A DNA stretch of 62,835 nucleotides, counting the filler, from Collodictyon triciliatum (lineage: Eukaryota): the NCBI GenBank assembly GCA_043381765.1. It is 6 parts of 6 records of this genome, joined end to end, with 100 filler letters (N's around TTAATTAATTAA, not from the genome) between each part and the next. Parts side by side here need not be neighbours in the genome. Positions count along the whole stretch, not along the records: positions 1 to 16,320 come from JBHJMP010001557.1; 5 more parts are not named here. The stretch is one strand, 5' to 3'. The position numbers and the translations under genes are program-made. Of this stretch, positions 1-10,736 are shown piece by piece (the stretch's first letter is position 1; each line of letters starts with the position of its first letter). The notes beneath the pieces were generated by a model, which was not told where the DNA came from, ran no database searches, and worked only from the letters and a program-made list of their open reading frames with translations.

Positions 1-52
1 TTGTTTTTTGTTTTTTGTTTTTTGTTTTTTGTTTTTTGTTTTTTGTTTTTTG
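1..52. repeat. (TTTTTTG)n simple repeat
   Basis: Directly visible T6G units at the window start. Confidence 0.95.
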
Positions 53-480
53 AGCTTGGCAATGCTTGGTATGTGAGTACGACGGAGCCATCCTTGTGGT
101 AAAGATGGGTGGGGGTGGGATGTGTGAAGAGGAAAAGGAAGGCCTTGTGGGCCTCCGGGCGGCGGCTTCGCACCGCAAGACAGGCAAGGGAAAGGAAAGG
201 GAGGGAAGAGAGCAGAAACAGAAGGGTCTGCCGTGACCAAACTGATCGCCGAGTGATCGCAAGGCACCCACAAGCAAGCGCAATCGGCCTGCCTGGGCTG
301 CGGCTGCTTCTTGACTTCTGCGCTCGCTTGGCCGAGGGACTTCTGCCTTGCGCCTTGGTTTTGCTGAGAAGCGGCCTTGTCTGTCCCGCAGTGTCTTTTG
401 AATATCTGTTCAGGCTCTTTTCACTGACCATTCATTAAAATTTACCTAAAATGTAAGTATTCTTGGGCTCCAGGATACAG

Positions 481-548
481 GTGGATGTGGATGTGGATGT
501 GGATGTGGATGTGGATGTGGATGTGGATGTGGATGTGGATGTGGATGG
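481..548. repeat. (GTGGAT)n microsatellite
   Basis: About 11 perfect hexamer copies; explains the spurious MWMW/STST ORFs. Confidence 0.97.
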
Positions 549-779
549 GAATGTTTTTTCCACTATCGAATTTAAATATATCATGCATATATAAAAAGAT
601 GGACATGGAGATGTACTTTTGTGAGAGACTAGTTGTAAATGCAATAGTGGTTTTCAGGATACCTGCAGATAACGCGATACAAGTAAAATTTGTCAGTTTG
701 TATTATTCTACTACGTTTCATAGAGTATGTTAATATCGCAGCATTTACTTTAAAAAATCAAATATGTAATTCAAAATAC

Positions 780-1470
780 CCGAAAGGACAGCCAAAGCAT
801 CACGCCCTACTTCTCAATATCTCCAACAGAGAGCTGTGGATAGGTGCGCGTGTATTCCATGCAGCAATGACCTCTCCAGAATGCACCATGTGCCAAAGTG
901 AATATGACTCTATCGAACACACATTTGTGAAGTGCTCTCTTGCTCAAAAAGTGACAGAGTCTACCCACAAGATTCTCTCTGAGCTTGACTATGCTCCCAA
1001 CCGACTCAGCGCGTCTGACATCCTGTTTGGCCCACAATACCAAATGACCCACGACTCTAGAATACTCTGGACAGTCACAAGGGGACATATGCTGTGGTCC
1101 CTATGGAGTGTGCGTGCATTCTCTCGCTCTAATGATTCACCCGAACGAGAAATCAATGTATCGAGGTTTGAAAGCCTCGTGCAATACAGCTTCCTGAACA
1201 GCCTGCTGAAACACTCCCGCATTCTTCGCTACTCTGACCGCAAGCGAAGAGAGATGTGGGAATGTGTCGTGCGTTATCTCCGACAGCATATTCAACCTCT
1301 GCTACCCACGCAACCAATCAACCAGTTGGTTCGCCCACCTGACCAACTCGCTATCACTGATTTCTTTCCAGTGCTACCCTCTCCACGGTAGTGTCTTCCC
1401 CTACTCGCGTTTGCTCTCTACCATGCGCACCTATCTTGCCCCTTTGTATGGCTTAATGTTCAAGTTTAGA
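780..1470 (+). mobile_element. 5'-truncated non-LTR retrotransposon (L1/Tx1-like): ORF2 C-terminus with RT-associated zinc finger plus 3' UTR
   Basis: Intronless, more GC-rich frame ending at TAG 1391. It contains CTMCQSEYDSIEHTFVKC (Cx2C..EH..C, zf-RVT type) and LWSLWSVR, both typical of L1-clade ORF2 C-termini. Boundaries are approximate. Confidence 0.8.
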
Positions 1471-1560
1471 AAATAATGTAAAGCTTTACATTTAGAAAGC
1501 TTGTGCGGAAAAAGACGGACATATGACTTTTATTATGCCCAATAATATTTTTTTATATTT

Positions 1561-3261
1561 TCATCGGTTATGTTCTTCCCAGTAAATTAGAGGAGAGAAA
1601 TCATAGACAAAAAGAGAACCATCACCAGAAAAGACGACGAACCCAGACTCTGCTGCAATAATAGTTGGATTTTTTGCCGGTAAATTGAGCATACATATGA
1701 GCATTTTGCTCTCTATTGACCAGACCTAAAAACAGTCACTATCTAAATGAGTAATCTTGATTTGCTCCACCGATTCAATCAGGGATAAAAAAAAATTGGT
1801 GTGATTTTGTAAAGGAATTGTATTATAGTGTATATACCTGCATCATTCCGTCCTTGTGTACTCCAATTATGATTTTATTTGCGATGAGCGGCCATATCTG
1901 GGTCAAAGTAGTGACTTCCCTAGACTCTGGAATCCCTTGCTTGTGCATATGGAATATAGAAACTAGCTCGTGGGGCCGCAACTGAAGAAGCGATATATGT
2001 CCCCCACTACATCCAACATAGGCCTCTGTACCTTTAATACTGCGATGGAGAATAATCTGAAAAGGAGTATAGTCGGAAAATGGTGATTTTTTGTCCTCCT
2101 TGGACAAAACGTCATCCTCATCAGCTTCAAACAACTCCGACAATACAGACTTTGTAGAGACCACTTTCTCCTCTTCTAAATTCAACTACAGGAAAGAGAA
2201 AAAAAAATCGATTAAGGACGAGCAGATGAAAATTTATATAATTTACAGATAAACATGATGTTCTATTCTCATTAGTGCATATTCTTATTCGTGTTTAAGA
2301 ATAAGACGTGAATATCGTGACATCCAAGGGACGAGTCAAACACGATATTGTTCAAGGTTTCTATCGTGTCAACTAAACAAGTCTAGATGTATTTGTGTAA
2401 TTAGAGAACCTGGAAAACTGGACTTAAAATCATCTTTGGGCAGCGCTTTCGGCCATTCATATCATCTTCTGGTGGCAGAAACCCATTTGATATAATTTCA
2501 GCTCTCCGATAAAATAAGTTTGCATTTTCAGAGAGCAGTACTTTTGTACTTGGAGAAGTTGTCGTAGATACTTCTTCGTCTTCCCGAAATGAATTTCATA
2601 TGGATTAAGAATAATAATCAAGCAGGCATACAACTCATCAGAATATATATATATATTAGCTGTGCATAATTGCACAGGTATTCATAAACCCCTTTCTTTT
2701 TAAAGATTGACAAGTTGTTTTCAAAACTACCTTCATCATATTCATCGCCATTCGATTCTGGATCCAATAAACACACATACATTTGTCCATTTTCACTGAT
2801 ACCATACAGCTGGTAATTACTTGTATCCCAACATATAGAGCGCAGAGTTGATTCCTTATTATTTTTTAAAATGTACAATTGATCACTTCATCTCAAGTAT
2901 ATATACATCCACATGATTTATCATCATTTTCAGATAAGAAAAATATGGAAGAACAGCGGTGAGATTAGCAAATAGTCACATTTCATCATTATGCGAGAAT
3001 ATACCTCGGATAATTTTCTTGACTGAGGACAATCCCACACCATTTCGAGAGTATCGGCTGACCAGCATCTAACGTGGCCACTTTTGGACATCGTAGCCAC
3101 CTGGTCCACGCCCGGGCATGATACACAGTGCGACACGGCCTCTGAATATAATCGGACGATTGACATACTCTCCGATACCAGCTTTTGATACATACGATAA
3201 ATAAAAATATAAAAATAAATGGTTTGCCATTGAAAGAAAAGTCCGATGCAATAAAAATATG

Positions 3262-3341
<80 letters not shown>

Positions 3342-5089
3342 CAATGATAATGATAATGATAATGATAATAAAAATAAAAATAATGATGATGATTATATTA
3401 ACAGTACCAGTAACAATTATGAATAAATGAATAATAAAACTGAAAACCCCGTTTATTTACCTCCAGCGAAGCCCCTCGAGCAACTACGCTTATTGTAGTG
3501 ATTGTTCCAACTCCTTCTTTCGAACAGAGCAAGAACCTAAAAAAACAAAAAAAAATCAAGTTAATCATCAAACAATACAAACAAATATGAACATATGCAA
3601 ATGAGCGCCATTCCATGTTGATGATATTTTCTCATGAGCAATGATTGAAAAAATGGCTTTAGAATGATATGGGTGAAATTAGGCCTCCCTTCTTCTAACT
3701 TTGACGTTCAATTCTTTTGGCTGCTCGAATCTTTGCATACGGGTATTTTTAAAGTTTGAATGATATGGAATGGGAGGAAAGCTTTTCATTACATAAAAGA
3801 GAAAGAAAAACAAGAGGATAGTATACGAGGCGAAGAAAAAATAAGGAGAAAGAAAGAAAATCATGATACTGATGAAAACAGAGCACCCGTAGGTGATGGG
3901 CCACATTACATATTATCTAGACCCAAGGCACTGCTCAATTCGTGAATGGAAACGGGGAGTATATCACACATTTTATATAATTGGTCCTCCTTTGAATTAG
4001 CCCAAAGACCTTTTTATTTTGAGAGTTCATGCTCGGTTGTGGTGTCAGATAAATGGTCTTCTTTTTATTTAAGGAGGTAGCTTTGTCTCACAAATAAAGA
4101 AATATATCAATTTTTCTAATATGAGTGTGTCCATACCTGCAGTTCCTGTTTCTCCTATAGCAATAAAAAGGTTTCCGTGTATTTCCGATGTAACTATATG
4201 ACCAACACACGAGAGAAGCGCTTGCGAGCACCGGGGATATGCTGAATACAGGTGCATAACGATTAGATTCAGAGTCGATTTATTATGGTTCGGATTTTTT
4301 CATACATTTTGATTAAAAAATTGAAGGTAACATAGGCTGTTATCTAAACAAATACTAAAGTGTTTCAATTAGAAAAGAAAAATAACCTCTCCATAAATTT
4401 TGGGCCTGTCTTTGTCGATATCTGATCTTCTCTGAGTGAGACTTCATCTCTGCCAGCATTGCTTTTTCACGAAGTGACTATACAATTACGAATATCAAAT
4501 GCAAGAATTGCATTGTCATTATTATATACCTTGAGATGAATTTTAGGCGGAAAGAAAGTAAGTTTGTAAACTAATTAGTTTTCCGTGTATAGATTTTTAA
4601 CAAATGTTTTAAAATTGTATGAAAATATGGCGATGCTCCTTAAAGCCATCTTTATGAAATGATACTTCGCAAATGATATGCTGATATAACATCACGACAA
4701 TACGATGTAATTATATTATGATTTTACGAATTAATGATAGGCGAACGATATAAAAACACCTTACCCGCTGCTTCTCCGCCACCTCGCGGCTTCTTCCCAG
4801 CTCCATCCAACCATCACGAATCATCTTCTCGAGCGTTGCTGCGCGTTCATCAGTGTTGTCATCAGCAAGCTGCGAGAAGCTGAGTCAGCTTTTGTCCAAA
4901 GCTCCAAGAGCCAAGAGTCCCAAACGCACCATAACGACTGGAAAGACCAATTAATAAACGACGAACCTGTGCTTGCTGCAGTTTGCCCAGAACCGCGTTA
5001 GTTTGGCTGCTTAGAGTCTTTGAGAGTCTTGCCACTTGGTTGCGAAGCGCCTCCAAGTCCTGCTGCACCTGCTGCCGATCGCCAGACAT
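1561..5089 (-). CDS. Multi-exon protein: N-terminal coiled coil plus divergent WD40/beta-propeller repeats
   Basis: ATG 5089 (MSGDRQQVQQDLEALRNQ...). Spliced exons include QVATMSKSGHVRCWSADT, LRSICWDTSNYQLYGISENG and IIGVHKDGMMQ|VWSIES. Stop TGA at 1563-1561. Some internal exon boundaries are uncertain. Confidence 0.65.
3263..3395. repeat. (AAT)n/(AATGAT)n intronic microsatellite
   Basis: Directly visible. Confidence 0.95.
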
Positions 5090-5345
5090 TGCCTCGCCTG
5101 CCTGGTCGGAGCAAACAAGGCGGAACTTGCTGCACTGCCCTTTTCCTCCGAGGCAGAAGTGCGGAGCCCGTCAGTCCCGCGCAAAGACTAGAAGACTTGG
5201 AGAAGAAAAGACAAAGAAGACGAAAAAAGACAAAAAGACCAAAAAAAGAAGAAAAAAGACAAAGAAAAAAGAAAAAAGAGACAAAAAAAAAAACGAAAAA
5301 AAACCCCGAAGTAAAGGCAGCTGAATGCGATTGGCGTTGTGGTGT

Positions 5346-8336
5346 TTATGACTCTCGGTGGGAAAAGAAAACACAGTGTTTGTGTTTTTTGGGTTGAGCC
5401 TGCTTTTCTCTTTTCTGCTCGGAGTAAACGTACGGGTGGTGTTCGAGATAGTTGTCGATTGCATCACGCAAAGAGAGATTTGCTGTTTGGTGTGATATTG
5501 TCGCGGTTAGATTTAGATATCATCGATATTGTTATTATTATTGTTATTATTATTAATTTCATAAGAAAAATATAGGTAATTGAAGCAAGAAAAATCATTG
5601 GCTAGATAGAAGAAAAGAAGAGAAGGATAGTCATATAATTGCATCGTCAAGCCGCGATTGAGAGAGATAAAGTTGTTCCTGATTGTAATATTGATTCATA
5701 GACAATAAAATGAAATTAGCAAATAAGAGACTACGTATCAGTTCAGTCTCTCGGATGGGCTTGGGGCAACAAATTTATAGGTATTATTTTGAGATTAGTC
5801 TATGAGTGAGCTGTTTCACGCGGTGTTCTCTCAGTAATGATGATTGTTTTAAAAGAAATGGGCGAATTTATATATATAAAAAAAAATAAGTGCCGATACC
5901 TTTGTTGAGTTTGGCTCGGTGTATCCATTCGTTGAGAAAAACTCTAGTAAAGCTGGCCTATCATATCTTACATCGATCAAGGAAACTTTTTTTTTTTTTT
6001 TTACTCACATAACTAATTCATCGATTTAAATATTCGAACCACAACGATAGCGATTGTATACTCGTTGTCCAGAGAGAAAAGTGAGTGTGTTTTAGAATAA
6101 AGCTTTTCTTTCATCTTCTTTGATTGCTGGATACATTCTCCCACTGGCGAACACGAGGAAAGAAGAGTGAGATGTATTTCATATTAGAAGAGACAAAATG
6201 AATCTCAGAGAAAGTAAGAATAGAAAATATATATTCACTACGACAGGCTTTTATAAGCTAAACTCAAACAAACTAGAGGGCAATAGTATATTGCTAATAC
6301 AACTCAAATGACCTCGGACTGATGACTGGGTCAACCATTATTTTCCCGCTATATTGACAAAGCATCCATTTTGGTGGCTTTGATATAGATCATTTAGATT
6401 GTTTGAGTGCTTACTGAATATATTTCGATTGGCTTATTAATCTTTGTCCTACACCTTGTTTCTCTCACCTCTTTAATGGGCTCTTGACTTGCAAGCTTAT
6501 GTACAAAATCCTCCATCTCGCTCTGTACCAGACAAAATAAATAAAATGAATTACCAAATATAATGGAGTGATATTTTGAATTGTAATATAATGTTCAAGT
6601 AAAGGTGCAATAATATTTTAATGTAAAAGGTTGACAAACATGATGAACTGAAATAATATCTATTGCACCGGGGTTTCCCATATGTTCTGCTGTTTCGCTT
6701 TTTCCCCAAATAATAAGAAAAAGAAGGGGGTTTTTTTAGTATGGTGGTGTTTTTGCTCATAAAAATCCTAAAAGTTTATGAACATGTTTTATTCAATCAG
6801 TTTATAATGGGTGTCCATACATTTTTTTTAGACAAAGCCAATTTTTCACCCAGCTTGAAGTAAAAATCCATATCTGTGGACGATTTTCCCTCATGCTTCA
6901 GCATCCACAGCTAGTAAAATAAAAAAAAATCTCATTTTCGTAACGGTGTTGAGAGAGAAACAAATGCTGTATTGAAAATCTTACTAAAAAACCATTATGG
7001 GTCATTGATTACTGTGAATCAAATAAAGGGAGTAAATGTGTCATTGATTACTCTTTGATGCTGCTCTTAAAGAGCGGCAAATCTGCTGGGCATATGGAGT
7101 CGATGCTCCTTCTGTCAACTGATATGCTGCATATTTGCATTATTTCGAGAAGTGACTTGAATTTGTGTCCTCAGTTAATCCAAAAAAAAAAAAAAGAAGA
7201 AGAAAAAGGAGCCCAATGTATTAAGTATCCATCAAAGAAAGTTGGTGAACCTTTTCTCAAGGATGCTACACCAGTTTCCCAATCGTCTGTTTCGATATGT
7301 GCCTGTTTTATTTACCATAATTCCATATTTCATGTGAAAAAAAGATAATTAAGTGAATAAAACAATATTCGAGCCTGTGATTGAAAATATAATAAAATTA
7401 TCGATGATATTTCCTACTAATGGATCAATAGAGCCAAAATTTAAAATAAATATTTCGAGAAGTGACTTGAAGTATTGGATGATGATGATGCATTGCATGA
7501 ATGCTCTCAAATTATAAGTCATAGAAACTCAAGCAGAAAAAAACCATCAAAACCATGATAATTGGCCATTAATCCAGTAGACGATAAGTGTGTTATTGAG
7601 GTATGAAAAGCATACAAGGGACCGAGACATATGTAAATATGTATTACCTGACCAAGTATGTAATTAGCCTTTACAGACTTTGAGTCGATGGTGGCAGCTT
7701 TTTTTGCATCATTTTTAGCATCTTCAAATCTCCTCATTTTCAGATGACAGAGGGCGCGATTTGTAAGATACACAGGCACATCAGGTGCGATAGCCTGCAA
7801 CATGAGTTGGCAATAGATTTACTCGCCAGAATTACATGAGTCTCGTNNNNNNNNNNNNNNNNNNNNNNNNNNNNNNNNNNNNNNNNNNNNNNNNNNNNNN
7901 NNNNNNNNNNNNNNNNNNNNNNNNNNNNNNNNNNNNNNNNNNNNNNNNNNNNNNNNNNNNNNNNNNNNNNNNNNNNNNNNNNNNNNNNNNNNNNNNNNNN
8001 NNNNNNNNNNNNNNNNNNNNNNNNNNNNNNNNNNNNNNNNNNNNNNNNNNNNNNNNNNNNNNNNNNNNNNNNNNNNNNNNNNNNNNNNNNNNNNNNNNNN
8101 NNNNNNNNNNNNNNNNNNNNNNNNNNNNNNNNNNNNNNNNNNNNNNNNNNNNNNNNNNNNNNNNNNNNNNNNNNNNNNNNNNNNNNNNNNNNNNNNNNNN
8201 NNNNNNNNNNNNNNNNNNNNNNNNNNNNNNNNNNNNNNNNNNNNNNNNNNNNNNNNNGAAGAAGAAGAAGAAGAAAACGAAAGGAGGTTAGATCATGGGT
8301 GACGATTCGCTTCCTAACCACTTGCATACTCTCCAT
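5346..8336 (-). CDS. STUB1: TPR + U-box E3 ubiquitin ligase CHIP (part of the N-terminus lies in the N gap)
   Basis: TPR exon AIAPDVPVYLTNRALCHLKMRRFEDAKNDAKKA...KANYILGQ. U-box assembled from short exons: PPKWMLCQYSGKIMVDPVISPS-GRI-YDRPALLEFFSTNGYTEPNSTK-PIRETELI-PNLSLRDAIDNYLEHHP. Stop TAA 5348-5346. Start ATG 8336 is tentative. Confidence 0.88.
5967..6134 (-). other. Candidate U12-type (minor spliceosome) GT-AG intron in STUB1
   Basis: 5' end GTATCCAG. Branch-like TTTCCTTGAT (5985-5976) has its A 10 nt from the 3' AG. No polypyrimidine tract. Confidence 0.6.
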
Positions 8337-8777
8337 GTCAGCAAGGAAGCGCTTATTCACTCTTGCTCTCTTTTTTTTTTTAAAAAAAAAAACTAACTTT
8401 GGGAGTGGTTTATTTTCTTCATTTGGGAGAGAAGCAAGAACTGCTGAGCGCGAATATTCACGAGTTATATAAACATATTGTTCCGTATGATAGTTCTCAT
8501 TTTTTGTCTTTAGTCTTTTTTTTGTTCGTTTGCTTGTTAAAATCCCAAAGTCCCTGTTCGCCGCAGGCGCGCAGGAGTTGATTAGATTATCCGCTGTTGC
8601 TTTTCTACGGCTTAGTTGATATACATATATATTGGGTGAAAAAGCTATTGATTTGCTTTATTATTTTGTTATTTTTTTATCGCCGCCGGAAAGAAAGCGT
8701 GTATGACAGCTGGATGCGGGGCTTGTTTCTTGCAGGGGTTGATTAAGAGACTTTGAAAAGGGAGAAGAGATGTTTCA

Positions 8778-10736
8778 TTAGGCGTTGACAAGGAGTGGTA
8801 CTTTGAAGTATGAGATGCCATTTTCCTCCGGCTCTGGGAGCTTTCCAGCCCGAATGTTGAGTTGAGTGGAGACGTAGAACATCCTCGGGAGTGGGGATGA
8901 ACTATCTCGCTTGTTTTTGGCCTCTACAAACTTGGAAACCGTAGAGTGTTCTCTCAGGAAGATATTGTGCGACTTCTGGTCTGAGACAGATGTTTGCCAC
9001 CTGGGTCATGTTTTGGTTACTTTTATTTTTACTTTTATTTTTACTTTTATTTTTACTTTTATTTTTACTTTTATTTTTACTTTTACTTTTACTTTTACTT
9101 TTACTTTTATTTTTACTTTTTATCCTTCATCGATGGCAATTTGCTTCACGCGGATTACTTTTTTATGGCAGAATTAAATGTGTATGTAAGAGTATATTAC
9201 AATGAAGCTTACTTGAATTCGCGACTTGCCACTTGGAAGTCATGGCCGACGAAGATATGCACGGAAGAAGGAAGATGCAAGACTTTTTGAATGGAATGGA
9301 ACAGCTGCTCAGCGTTTGAACCAGGGAAATCACCACGGGCAACTCCTGATTGATTGCAAATAATCGTAATTTAATCATAATCATCATTATCAGAACAAAA
9401 TATGTGTTGCTTTTTTTAAAAAAAGTGAATATTTGTGCGATATTAGTGTAAAAAAAAATGTAGTCATCCTCCACACACTGCCCTTCAAAAATATGAATAC
9501 GCTCATGAAAATGATTTACCTTGGTCTGGCATGAGAAGGAGGTCTCCCACAAAAACGCTGTCATCTTCAATGTAATAAGAGATACTGTCAGGCGTCCTAC
9601 CAGGCGTTTGAATGGCCTTGACTTTAAGATTTCCTATCTCGAAAGCATCTCCATCTTTGAATAGGTTATCAAAGTCCTATTTGAACATTTTGTTTCAGAA
9701 GATTAAATTGAATCATCTTATTACGAATAAACGTAGCAGTTTAGAGGGTTTTTAGCCAACAGTCTGATAAGAACGGGTATTCATAAATCTATTGACTAAA
9801 GGTATCATCAATACGGCTATTTTGGCAACAAAACAAAAAAGGAACAGAAGACAAGAAAAACCTACCCTTTCTGTAGCGTAGTCCTCTGGTAAATTGTATT
9901 GCTGTTTAAATCCGTCTTGAACTTTGGTCACATGCTCACTAATTCCAATCTTCGAATGACAATCCAGTTTTTTCTTGAGATATTGTGCCGCGGTGATATG
10001 GTCTATTATTAAATTACAATCAATACTTCGTTTATGGTTTTTGACCCCACGGAACATTCCTTTTAGTGTGTAAATCTTATTCAGTTTGATAAAAAAAAAT
10101 AATGTTGATTGGATTGCCCAGTAGCTGGGAAAAAATCAAAATATATTATACCATCATGGGTGTGCGTCTCCAAGATGTAGTCAACGTGCAATTGGTGCTG
10201 CTTTATGAACGAGATTATTTGGTCGGCCTGTGTGTGCCTTCCAATTTTCATTTTAAAAAATACATTATTTCTCTACCCAATAGTGTTTCAGATATTTGGT
10301 GTTATCCTGGTTCGCTAATCAGCCTTATCAACAACTATTTGATTGTCAGATTCGGTGTTTAACATAGACTATGGTAACCAAAAAAAAAAAAAAGCATACG
10401 AGATTGTGGCAGAAGGAAGGTCGAAGTCCAAAACCGGGTCGATGATGGCGGCTCTGCGCGTAATCGGGCACCATACGAGAAACGTTGCGACGCGTGTGTC
10501 TTTCTCGTCAAAAAACGTTCGAACCTTTTTTTTTCAAAATAAAATCTTGTGTTGTAAAAGCTCTACCTCAAGGTCTTCATTTTGCCCCATAAAATAAAAA
10601 AAATAAAAAAAGGAATTCATTCATATGTCTTCTCTACGTTGGCCTTCGTAGCGTGGTTATGCTCGTGTGCCGATTTGCCACCATGGTTTTCGTGGTTTGC
10701 ATGCTTCCCGTGATGGCTGTGATGACCGTGGCTCAT
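8778..10736 (-). CDS. Metallo-beta-lactamase-fold persulfide dioxygenase-like protein (Blh/type II PDO, ETHE1 superfamily) with a His-rich N-terminus
   Basis: Seven spliced exons give AAIIDPVLDFD, ILETHTHDDHITAAQYLK, FDNLFKDGDAFEIGNL, TPGRTPD, VFVGDLLLMPDQGVARGDFPG, IFVGHDF and NIRAGKLPEPEENGISYFKVPL. ATG 10736 is preceded by in-frame TAA TAA. Stop TAA 8780-8778. Confidence 0.9.
9018..9122. repeat. (TTTTTA/CTTTTA)n intronic microsatellite
   Basis: Directly visible. Confidence 0.95.

Noticed and set aside
1475-1492. 18-bp perfect palindrome AATGTAAAGCTTTACATT
   Set aside because: Single AT-rich instance with no supporting context.
10442-10597. Plus-strand MMAALRVIGHHTRNVATR resembling a mitochondrial presequence
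   Set aside because: It is the antisense of the conserved AAIIDPVLDFD exon of the PDO-like gene.
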